In this document: piece after piece, positions 1-11,412 of the stretch
Layout of the letters: the number at the start of each line of letters is the position of its first letter
Numbering within the stretch: the stretch's first letter is position 1
Assembly: GCA_030704615.1 (NCBI GenBank)
Contig: CM060732.1
Coordinates: forward strand, 24,986,001 to 25,050,000
From: Takakia lepidozioides
Lineage: Eukaryota; Plantae; Bryophyta
Direction: 5' to 3'
DNA: 64,000 nt
Notes under the pieces: model-generated
Told to the model about the DNA's origin: nothing
The model's database searches: none
Seen by the model: the letters and a program-made list of their open reading frames with translations, nothing else
Translations under genes and position numbers: made by a program

Positions 1-195
1 ATTATAGAAAATACATTGTCTTACTATGAGGACGGCATGTAAGTGTTATTTTCTTTTATTTGAATTGTAAGTGTTAGTGATGTTGGGTGTTATACATCAT
101 GACCAAAATATCTGAAAATATAATTAAAGATGACATACAAAAATTAAAAGTATGGATGGCGTAGTGCATTACATTCTTCCATTCTAAAATATTTA

Positions 196-2210
196 TACTA
201 GGGTAGTCTGTGCCGTTGGCCGAAGTGTCCAGTGTTATCTAAATCCAAGTGCAATCTCCTATGTATCCAAGTGCTTCTCCCATGTAGGCCCAAGTGCAAC
301 CTCGAGTGTCCAATGTCATCTAAGTCCAAGTGCAATCCCCTATGCATCCAGAGACCATGCAGTGTGGGAGATCTCAACATCATTGTTCCCACAAAGCCCA
401 CTTTTCTATTCTTGCAATCTCCCTTCCCTCGGAGGCTTCAGATATTGATATATCCACTTTGCTATTTTTTTGTAAAATTCTAGCGACCAAAAGTACTTGA
501 AATTCCAAATCTCCTACGTGAAGGGCCAATCATTGCTCCAGGAAAGCTCACTTGTTACTTTTCACAAATTTCCAACGACCAAAAGTACTTGAAATTCGAC
601 ATCTCCCACACCGCATGTCGAAAAATCATGAGACCAAGCCAATGCACCCCTCCTCATGAGGGCTTTCCAACAGCGCCAAACACCAGTCCCAAACCCCCGC
701 GGTTTGGGAGATCTTAACGATGCTACAAAACAAAACAAAACACAACAAACAAAACTGCCTCGCTTTATATATTGACTGGGGTAGTCTATGCCGTTGGCCC
801 AAGTGTCCAGTGTCATCCAGTGCAATCCCCTATGTATCCAGAGACCCTCCTGTTTGTAGATCTAAGGTAGCCTGTGCCTTTGGCCCATGTGTGAAGAATT
901 GAAATCTAAGCCCAAGTGCAATCTCCTATGTATCCATGTGCTTCTCCCACGTAGAGGCCCAAGTGTGACCTCCAGTGTCCAATGTCATAGTCCAAGTGCA
1001 AACCCCTATGCATCTAGACCCTGTTGGGAGATAGCCACGTCATTCTTCCAACAAATCCCACTTTGTTATTTTTGCAATCTCCCCTGTTGAGGCTTCATAT
1101 ATTGATATATCCACTTTGCTAATTTTCACGAATTTCCAATGACCAAAAGTACTTGAAATTCTCCAAAATCTCTTAGATGAAGGTCCAATCTTTACTCTAG
1201 GAAAGCCCATTTTGTTATTATTCACGAATTTCCAACGGCCAAAAGTACTTGAAATTCGACATCTCCCACAGTGGCAGGTCCAAAAATTATGAGACCAAGC
1301 CGGTGCACCCCTCCACATCAAGGGTTTTTCAACGGCACCAAGCACCAGCGTTGGGCCCACGACTTGGGATATCTCAATGACGCTACAAAACAAAACAAAC
1401 AAACTGCCTCGTTTCATATATTGACTAGGATAGCCTGTGCCGTTGGCCCAAGTGTCCAATGTCATCTAAGCCCAAGTGCAATCTCCTATGCATCCAACTT
1501 TGGTGTCTCCAATGTCTCCCATGTTCGTCTCCTATGTCAAGGCCCATCTAATCTAAGCCAAGTGTGCAATCCCCTATGTATCAAAGTGCGTCTCCTATGT
1601 CGAGGCCCAAATGCAACCTCTAGGGTAGCCTTTGTCGTTGGCCCAAGTGTCCAATGTCATCTAAGTAAGTTTTTTTCCACATAGCCCAGTGTGCAATCCC
1701 CTATGTATCTAGAGACCCTCCTGTTTGGGAGACATTCATCCATTCCCTTTTTCATTCATCCCAAATTCATTCATCCGGCAGCTTTTCATCGCACATTTGT
1801 ACCACATGGGCCTAGGGTAGCCTACGTCATTGGCCCATATGTTAAGAATTGAAATCTAAGTCCAAGTGCAATCCCCTATGTATTCAAGTAGCGTCTCCTA
1901 TGTCAAGGTCCATGTGTGAAGAATTGAAATCTAAGCCCAAGTGCAATTTCTTATGTACCCAAGTGGGTCTCCTATGTCGAGGCCCAAGTGCGACCTCTAG
2001 TGAAGCCTATGCCGTTGGCCCATGTGTGAAGAATTGAAATCTAAGCCCAAGTGCAATCTTCTATTCATGTATCCTCCCATGTACAGGCCCAAGTGTCATC
2101 TAAGTCCAAGTGCAATCCCATATCTAATCAATTTGTTTCTTTTTTTTTTCTTGCGGTTCGGGGCATCTCAACGCTACAAAACAAAACAAACAAATCGTCT
2201 TAATTCATAG
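196..2210 (-). repeat. Complex tandem array of Helitron-like 3' termini (non-autonomous Helitron-derived repeat)
   Basis: Repeated modules CTAGGGTAGCCTGTGCCGTTGGCCCAAGT and GCCCAAGTGCAATC(C/T)CCTATG. On the minus strand the first reads as an imperfect hairpin CTTGGGCC-AAC-GGCACAGG followed by CTACCCTAG|T, like a Helitron 3' end. The same family occurs at 21976-23701. The 5' TC end was not resolved. Confidence 0.5.
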
Positions 2211-2745
2211 ATTGATATTTGTTAGGATGAACTTGATATATATCAGTAACAAAATAACACATAAACACGAAATAAAATCATTATTCATATATATAATTAT
2301 TCGTGATATCACTCAAATAGATCAAGTTCATTAAAAAATAATTAATGATGTTTTAAAATAGATCTGAAGAAAAATTTGTTCCTATTTTTAATTTTTATAT
2401 GCCATTTCTCATTATATTTTTCATAACTATGTTATATTCATATTTTTACATTCACATCTATATATTCACTATACTCATCAAATGTTCCCACTATACTTCA
2501 CTATATTCAGTAGAATGTGAACACACTATTAGCACACTATAATTATGTTTTTTTATTCTTCGGTATATGGAAGAAATAAATTGAACATATAAAACCTCTG
2601 CCGCACAAACTCGCGCAGAAGTATGGCCACTTCTTGCCATGACACTATGGCCTTTGCTGCAGGACATGCTGCCCCATACACAGTCTCACAAATATATGGC
2701 TCAATCTGAGGCTATACTGCTATTGCCATTTCAGTGACGTCACTA

Positions 2746-3201
2746 TCTTACGAGCTTACAGCAGGGTGGTCCGAAGGAGGACGCGGCGTGGCTCAGCTCA
2801 GGCGTGTGGCAGCCCCGCCACTATCCCCTCGGTGGCCGAGGCCCGCCCTGCGCCTCGCCTCGGATTTCTATCAACGAGGACGGGTAAAAATCGTTGGTTT
2901 GGGCCAGTGGGGCAGGCCCCAAAAGATTCCCTGGCCCGGGCCGGTACCTGTCCTCTGGTAGGTCCTGGCTCCCTGCTATATCCGGCAGCAGGTCGGGCCC
3001 GCGAGCCACGAAGGCTTGCCCGGCAGCCCTGCAGGTATCCGGCGTGCTGCCACAATAAAGGCGCCTGTAAGCAGCGCTTAGAGCATTGATTAGCAGTGCT
3101 GTTTAGGGTCAGGCAGAGCGGATAGACCCCACGCCCATCTTTCTCCAGATTCCACCCTCGCTCATAATCATGCCCGTCTGTCCCCTCCCGTTGTCGTAAC
3201 A
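2746..3201. mobile_element. Possible degenerate solo LTR (GC-rich island)
   Basis: Near-inverted ends TCTTACGA...TCGTAACA, an internal TATA-like sequence (~2975) and AATAAA (~3054). No convincing TSD. Confidence 0.25.
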
Positions 3202-3706
3202 CTGCGACGACCAAGTGCGTCTTTGGTAGCTACTCCCACTGGTCACTGTTCACTTCTAGTCTCAGAAGTAAGGCAGCAAGTACAACACCTCACCAGTGAC
3301 CACATGCGACTTGGGGATGGTTGTCCATTTCGCAATGGTGTCAGGTGTCAACACCCCACCACGCCAAAGACAAGCGTTGAGAAAAGGTAAATGGAAAACC
3401 ATGGCCGAGTTGACAGGTCAACTCCCAACAATCTCCCCTGAGTGGCCCCCGTCTGGCCCACAAGGCACACCCAAGGAAATTGGAATGTGGCTCCATCGCA
3501 AACTGCCATTCAATGAAACAGCGTAGAGCTCAAAAGCCGCTGATCGCGTCCTGGTCCTGGAGGTTGGTAACGTGAGTTGGTACACCCATCCCGTCCCTTG
3601 ATTCCCACAGAGTCGTCAAGAGTCAAGAGCTGCCGTCAACTCTGCTGTTGTTGGGCCTACGGAGTCAAGAAAAACTAACTACCTATTGTGCAGGGAGGGT
3701 TGAGAT

Positions 3707-3965
3707 CAGTGTTTTTATTTCTGGCGAAATTTCGCACTTTTTTTACCTCAAAAATCAAAATCGAATATTCTGTCATAAATTCCCTGTTTTCTCATGGATG
3801 AACTCGCCAAAATTCTCAAAAACCAAATAAATCTTTTGCCTAATGTGGATGATATACATGGATGAAAGTACAGAGAGAGGATGAAGTGGATGAGCAGAAA
3901 TATGGCTATTCCCAAAAACTCAGTAGCCAGTCCTGTTCTTTTCAAAATTTGAAAAAAAAACACTG
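3707..3965. mobile_element. hAT-type MITE
   Basis: TIRs CAGTGTTTTT...AAAAACACTG. The 8-bp flanks GTTGAGAT (3699-3706) and GTTCAGAT (3966-3973) match at 7/8 positions. Confidence 0.75.
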
Positions 3966-4199
3966 GTTCAGATATGAAAAGTAAGGAAAAGTAAGGAAAA
4001 GTAAAGTTGGTTTAACGTCCAGTGGATTTACAGAGCCTACTAACATCCTTGCTATGTATGTCTATATAACTTCTAAAGAAACTGGAACCTAACGCAAGCG
4101 GTCTTTTTCTCAAGCGGTCTTTTTCTCAGCAACTAACGGGCAACTGGAACCGTCCACATACCAGAACCGGAACCGGAAATTCCATATCCCAAATAACAG

Positions 4200-4568
4200 C
4201 CTCCAAACTGGAACTTATTTTGACATAGTTCTAAATCCGGGATTGAAGGTTGTTCAAAAATCTCCAAACTCGAACTTATTTTGACATGGTTCTAAAACCG
4301 GAATTGAAGGTTGTTCAAAAACCTCCAAACTCGAACTTATTTTGACATGGTTCTAAAACCGGAATTGAAGGTTGTTCAAAAACGCTCCAAACTCGAACTT
4401 ATTTTGCCGTAGTTCTAAAACGGGAATTGAAGGCTGTTCAAAAATGCTCCAAACTGGAACTTATTTTGACATGGTTCTAAAACCAGAATTGAAGGTTGCT
4501 CAAAAATGCTCCAAACCGGAACTTATTTTGACATGGTTCTAAAACGGAATTGAAGGTTGTTCAAAATG
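4200..4568. repeat. Minisatellite, about 6 copies of a 60-62 bp unit
   Basis: Unit CTCCAAACT(C/G)GAACTTATTTTGACATGGTTCTAAAACCGGAATTGAAGGTTGTTCAAAAA repeated in tandem. Confidence 0.9.
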
Positions 4569-5321
4569 CAAGAACTGCACAACACTCAATTGTACCCGTC
4601 TGACAAGGAAGAATTATGACCCAGATATCTCAGACAGCACTTTATCATTGGAGTCTCATGGGAATTGCTCAGTTGCTTCGCTCTTGTGGTTCATCACTAT
4701 TTTTCTCCCACTAGCAATTGCAAAGTGACAGGATTCAATATTTGACTGTATGGTGGCGAAAATAATTTTGAGAAGGATCAATGATTGCAATTGTTAGGTG
4801 TTGCCTGAGGCAATAAGGACAGTTGAAGAGTTCAAAAGGATAGCAGTGTGGATTATGTCCAACTGCCATGGGGAATTGAGATGAGTTTTGGGGGAAACTC
4901 ATCTAACAGTTATATAGCTATATACAATCTCTGATCCACATATTTCATTTTGGGCTTCTTCCAATCTAGTGAATACGGAATTCACAGTTGACAGGACTGA
5001 GTTCCTTTTGAGCCTTCCAGAAATGGTCCCTGCCATTTCCCAGTGCATGGTCGTAACAATCAGCTCCCCAAGGATTTCTCAGAAGCTCATGCTTCAGTCA
5101 ATATATAGCATATTGTCAGAAAATATTGCAACCGCATAAGCCTATGTATGACTCTTTAAAGTCAGTAACAAACATTTGACTGGTGGAAGCTGGCTACAGG
5201 ACCCTGGAGATTTTTCAAAGCTCCTAAGGCAAGATTACACACTGTTGTAAGCCCTTGTGGCTGGTCGTGCACTTGTCCCATAGAATGCACTGTTCGAATG
5301 GACCGCAATGCAGCACCCGAG

Positions 5322-8300
5322 TCATAGCACTCCTTTCTCCACATCTGCTGCATCGGGCTTCATGATTCCACACAGCTTCCAGCCCCCATTTCCAGCGAGC
5401 TCAAATGCCTGTAAAACCCAACTCATGTATTAGAGAAGGTAGCCCTGCTTTTGCACTGCAAGTGCAAGATTTGCCATGACAGCCTGCCGGGTAGGGTCAA
5501 TGAGAGGGGAGCACTGCCATTACCAAAGGCTCTCTCCCTTCAGTCATTTGAAGATTAAGTCTGCTATAGCCTATTTATATTACTTCGAGAATGCTCTTTC
5601 AGAATAACCTGAACAATCAGAACCAAGGAGACTTACTGTTTTAGCATTGTCTCACGCTTCTCAAACCGGAAAAGACACATGCAGCCAGAGATATTCTGAT
5701 GCTTCCAAGAGACCATCTCTCTCAGAATGATCCCACTGCACTGTGATCAACAAAACCCACCGGTAGAGAGGGAGGGAGACAGACAGAGCAAGAAAGAGAG
5801 AAGGATGAACATATCTAGTTGTTAACCAGGAGTAGACCTTGGCACCAACAATTGCCACAGTTACAAGCATCTTAGGACTTGTAAGAACTACTAGGTTCAT
5901 CAGCCATGGATTAACCCTTTGGTTCCTTATCACAATTCCAGACTACACCCATTTGATGGTCAAAGATGGCTTGAGCTTACTTCTTGCCAGGAAGCACCAG
6001 GAGCTTCCAATAAGGCAGCATTTGCTGTTTTTAACTCAATAGGGACCCCACAAAGCAGGCTCGCTGCCTCCTCCCACCCTCTATTGTGCCCCATACACCT
6101 GCAAAACAAAAACCACAAGGTTTGCACATTGAATGAAACCAGCACTATGGTTGAAAACTAATCGAGTTCTTTGAGGCCTGTTCATTTTTTTGGCTTTCAT
6201 CCACAAGAAAGACAAAGCAACCAGACCATAACCACAACCTGATGAGCAGAAAGCTCTAAATACATGAGGGCCCCATAGTCAATATGTAGTACTATATGGT
6301 CAAGGTTGCACTATTGAAGTCAAGTTTACCAAATTGTGAAGTCGATCAAGGCAAGCACATATTACAATGTCAGATATCCTGAGCATCTACAGAGGTAGTA
6401 CCAAACTAACACGAAGACAGCATCAAGGCCCCGACAAAGGATCGAGATGGGTTCCAGGAGGCACATACATGATAGTGGTCATAGCATCATGGGAGTACTT
6501 GCAGATGTTATCTTGCAAATGCTGGGCTGTATGCCCGTCCATAGCAGCAATGGCATAGAAGCTTCCTAAAAAATGCACTTCGACATCCCGTAAATCCCTT
6601 GCGTGTGTCTGCATTATATGCAACGTCTCACGCGTCCGCAGTGAGTCACTGCAGCCCCCAAACAGTTGGCTGTCATCATTGCTTGTAATCCCCTATTTAA
6701 GCACCTGCCCTGATACCTATCCCACCACTAACCTGGCAACTTTCTTCTTTCAAAGACGAAAGGTGTTAACTTTCATAAGAAACTCTCTGAACAATTCAAT
6801 GGGTATTGTGGGATGTTCAAATTAAAATGCTCATTGGTTTCAAAACATGTGTAGTAAGTTAATTGTGGATGAAAGGATGAATAACTGTAGCAACAACTAC
6901 TTCAGGGAAAAACTGCAACCAGGTGTGATGTCAGATGCAACAGTCAATCTGGAAGAGAAAAGTGGCAATGGTGGACCTGCAGAGAATGAGGTCAGGCAAC
7001 CAGCCTTCATGCTTCAACTTGTTTGCAATGTGTGCAGCCGCAAGGCGCCCCCTTTTACTCAGGGGCCTATCATGATCTGCCATTGCCCCCATCCATTTAT
7101 CATAGTCCACAGCTGTCCCCATTAGCCCTCCTTCACAACAATAGCCAAGCACCTACAACCAAAGGCCCTGCAATCTAAGGTTCGTGGAGGTTTCCGGTCA
7201 AACTGTGCCACTGAAATTCCTGAAAAGGAGAGAGAAAGAAAGAAATTTAAGAGAGAAAGAGAATGTACTCATAAGACGTTTGCCGTAGCCATGTGGCCTT
7301 AGACTCTCCGCCCAGTCTGGGTGGACAAGAGGGGGAGTTAAGAGAGGGAACAGACACTAAATTTGTGAGGGGCTCACTCCAGTAGGGGGACTTACCTTAG
7401 TATAAACAATTGGTCGGGCTTTCCAGATTTCCTCTAGAAAGCCTTCACACAAGCATCAATCTACTGTGTGTGATATGCCCAGCAATAGAGTTTAGAGAAT
7501 GTACTCATTCTTTGCAATAGCCTAATATAGAGCTGTTGTGTGCCATAGCCTAATAGAGTTAAGAATGTACTCATAAGACATTGTTTGCCATAGCCTTGTG
7601 GCCATTGACCCCACGCCTAGTTTGAGCGGAACACAAAGGGACAGAAACTACCTTTGTCAGGGGCTGACACCGGCAGTATGACTTACCTTGGAACAGACAA
7701 TTAATCCGAGTTTCCAGATATCCTCTAGAAATCCCTTCACACAAGCATCAATCTGCTGTGTGTGGTTTGCCCAATAACTAGGCCCCTAATAGAGTTAAGA
7801 GAGAGAGAGAGAGAGGATGTACTCATATGACATTGTTTGCCGTAGCCTTGGGGCCATTGACCCCGCGCCCAGTTTGAGTGGAACACAAAGAGACAGAAAC
7901 TACCTTTCTCAGGGGCTGACGCCCGTAGTATGACTTACCTTGAAATCGAAAATTGATCCAAGTTTCCAGATATCCTTTAGAAATCCCTTCACACAAACAT
8001 CAATCTGCTGTGTGATTTTGCCCAATAAGTAGACCCCAAAAGGGCCTGGGCTTTTGGCTCAGCCTCGATATGTTCAAAGTTGGTAAACCGAGGTACAGAG
8101 ACAATTCCCTTGATGGAATTGAAGAGGGTGTCTCTCTGGTGAGAGTACCCAGGACAATGAATCAGAAAGTGGATATGGTCTTCAGGTTGCCCACACAATG
8201 GGCATTTGCAAACCCCCTTTCCTCCTCTTTGCTGTTCAAAGGTAGGCTTCCCACCCTGAGAATGTACTCATAAGACGCTGTTTGCTGTAGCCTAGTGGCC

Positions 8301-9547
8301 ATTGACCCCGCGCCCAGTTTGAGCGGAACACAAAAGGACAGAACCTACCTTTGTCAGGGGCTGACGCCGGTAGTAAGACTTACCTTGGAAGAAACAATTG
8401 ATCCGGGTTTTCCACATATCCTCTAGAAATCCCTTTACACAAGCATCAACCTGCTGTGTGTGGTTTGCCCAATAACCTGCCCTGAGAGAGAGGAGAGAGA
8501 GAGAGAGAGAGAACACAAAGCACTTCCAAAACCCTAAACCCTGGACTACATTGAGAGTTTGTGCAACTGCATGTGTGATCATACAGAGGGTGCTGCATAA
8601 GGGACTAGAAGGTTGATCGTTTCATAAGCACATTCCAGTGTTGCTGAACGTAAACTAGGTTAGCCTGCACTGTTATATTCTGACAGCAGATACACAATGT
8701 GATTTTCAGACTGTGTGGTAGAGAAGCTACAGAAGCATTTGATATCTTCTACGTCTTGGAGTCCCTCTACTGCAACTGTTTATGTGGTCTGTCAACATCA
8801 CTCCTTGCCCCTCCCCTGAGCTTGCTTCATTATGCCCGAGTCCTACATCAATTCAGGCTGAGTTTCATAACTGGTAGGTCTCAAGCCAGGCCCGTCTCCA
8901 TTCTGTTAATAATAGAGGGGTATCAGTAGCAACAGTCAATGAGTACATTCTTCTCCTTTCAAGGACAAAACCTCAGCCCCAAGGGATACCGTTTTGAATC
9001 CCTCGCACTCTAAAACTGACGGTCAGTCAGTCTATCGGAAAACCCTTTTCAATTGATCGCCCAGAGAAATTCACTGGCCCCATTGATATCCACTTACACA
9101 CTACAAAATACATAGGTGGGTACAAGAGCAGGCCAAAAAACCTTTCAGAGACCTGTCGGACCACGAGCTTTTGGCATGGCGAAGAAGAATCAACCTCCGC
9201 TTGCCAGACTCTTTACTAGATCGCAGCCGGCCACCCACTGTCTGCTCTGTCATAATGTAAGCACCTCGCAGCTGTAGGCTCTGGAGGCTACGTGAGAAGC
9301 CTAGGGTAGAGCCAGCCACTGGCCTTCCCTTCAACTCATGCATTCCCCTGACTAAAGCTTGCGCCGCCGATCCCAACTTCTTACATCGAAACTCCATCCA
9401 ATTATTCTGTGAGAAAGAAGGGCACTTGCTCAAAGCTCTTACCTGTGTTTTTTGAAATGAAAAGCAGTTTTTGCCCCTTTGAGAAGAAGCAATGTGGGGT
9501 CCATTGACTGCCCAGCAGAGGCCATCTCCTACGGCCCATGTGGCCAT
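5322..9547 (-). CDS. SixA-like histidine phosphatase / phosphoglycerate mutase family protein with probable organellar transit peptide (similar to Arabidopsis At3g52155)
   Basis: Five GT-AG exons join in frame: 9547-9142, 7076-6977, 6648-6469, 6098-5981, 5408-5322. Motifs RLILLRHAKSSW, DHDRPLSKRG, SDSLRTRET and MGHNRGWEEAAS. Confidence 0.9.
7255..8512 (-). mobile_element. Stack of 5'-truncated non-LTR retrotransposon (RTE/RTEX-like LINE) 3' ends in intron 1 of the phosphatase gene
   Basis: At least four related units start with (GA)n-AATGTACTCATAAGAC...GCCGTAGCC (~7258, 7562, 7815, 8260). One retains the LINE C-terminal CCHC knuckle (CGQPEDHIHFLIHCPGYSHQR, 7989-8198). Confidence 0.7.
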
Positions 9548-11412
9548 TCGTTAGATTGGAGCGCACACAAGCTGGCTTCCTAAGCCTCGAACCCTCTGAT
9601 ACGAACCTATATGTCTTCCGTTTCTGTACTATACTTCCATGATCTTATTCAGAGGACTTGCAGAAGTCTCTGAAGGACTTTCAGTGAAACATAACCTCAA
9701 GCCACATTCCTCGCTCCATCCGCTGAGGTATCTTCCAATTGTAGCTCCTTCGTCACACATGCACCCGATTGCGTATATAGTATCCAGCCGGCACTTATTG
9801 AAACATTCTGGCTTAATAAGAGCTGGGACGGCTCTCTACAAACTGTCAAGAAAACCTTTCTCAGGCACAGGCAACGTGACCCCAATTATCAGAAACCCGC
9901 GGGAAAGAAGGAAATGAGCGAAGAATGTGGCCTGTTTCAGCTTTTTTGTTGATCTCTTGTTCAAAAACAATCGTTATCAACACCACGCTTCTTTCATACT
10001 GACGCTTCTTCCTCTCCTTCGCCCTCTGCCTCTCCACACGCACATCATCATTGCTCTTCCAAATCAAAACCCACCCAGGAGAAACTTAAACCGCATAGAA
10101 AGAATCCTAGCTTATGAACCAGCAGTTGCGGCCTCTCAATTCTCCCCCGACGTGGACAAATCAGCTCTGGCACTAGCCTACCGCAAGCATGAATTCTGCA
10201 CTCAAGAATTGCTTAATCGAATGAACATGCGGCCTGGCTAGCCTACCCTCCGATAAGTCAGTTCAAGAGAATTTTTGCGAGATTGTGATGCAGAACAAGG
10301 AATGAGAGGCTCATCATCATTCTCAGTCGCTGAATGCAATCTTGGTCCCCGAAGCTGACGCCATGGCAGGTTAGATAACCTCCAAAATGGGGATGAGCTT
10401 CAAGGCCTAAGGACTGTATCAACTATCAAACCTAAAATCCAACTGGATTCTTGTGCAGTTGGGCTGGTAAACAGCGGAAACAATCCTGAAAACAAAACAC
10501 AAATTGTTTTCATCAAAACTTTTCTTCACTCACTTTCATGCACCCACATGGTACGCCGGTTTCTGGCCTGTCAAACTTTCCCCAGCCCCTTTCATGAGTG
10601 ACATAGATAGGAATGACACCAGACCCACCCAAAGTGACAGGGAACGGGGTGACATCACTTGAGTGACACTAGTGGGGTTGAAGAGCGACATTGGGGATAA
10701 CCCGAAAGGGAGTGTCACTCCAATCGGGGTAATTCTCACTTGGAGTCACAAATTTGACCAAGTATAATAAATACAAAGAGGAAGAAGAGTGACATGGAAC
10801 AGGGTGACATCGCAGAAGTGACTCGGAACAGGGTGACATAACAATCCAACATGAGAATAGAACCCTCATAGCTCCAATTACCATCGCCTTACAAACAGAC
10901 TATTCACTGCTATACCACAACCTAAAGCATTCAATAAGACCTCTTTTGGGGTAAGAGGGGGTAGGGAGGATTTGATAGGGGGCCCTGCCAGGGGAGCTGA
11001 TGATGCAAAACCAGCACAGTACAGTCAGATCGCCCCTAGACAAATGCAATAGAAAAAATTCTATGCCAACCAGGCTCTTGGTACACTTCTCTCTCATCAA
11101 TCGTTCAGATACTTCATGCAAATCACAGCAAATGTAATCAATCACAGTCAGTGCAAGAGGAGGTCAACCAAGCTTTTACTTATCAGGGGAACTGGACGTG
11201 CCTCCAAAGTCAAGCAGAATGTTACTTTACACAGGAGAAAACCAGACATCATGGCACTGAACTGATAGAGAACCTTGGCTTTCACTAGTCAATCCAAAAG
11301 AAAGGAATCATTCTGCATTTGCCAATCATTCAAGGCAAATGCTTCATGCGCAGAATTTACAAAAGCACAATAGGCACCTTACAAATGTGTCTCCCAAACA
11401 CCTCTTTTGGTA

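Noticed and set aside
198-2210. Short Cys-rich ORFs (KSKPKCN...)
   Set aside because: They are products of the repeat array, with no consistent frame.
9639-10241. Small ORFs between the phosphatase and bromodomain genes
   Set aside because: No recognisable domain. Likely UTR or promoter sequence.
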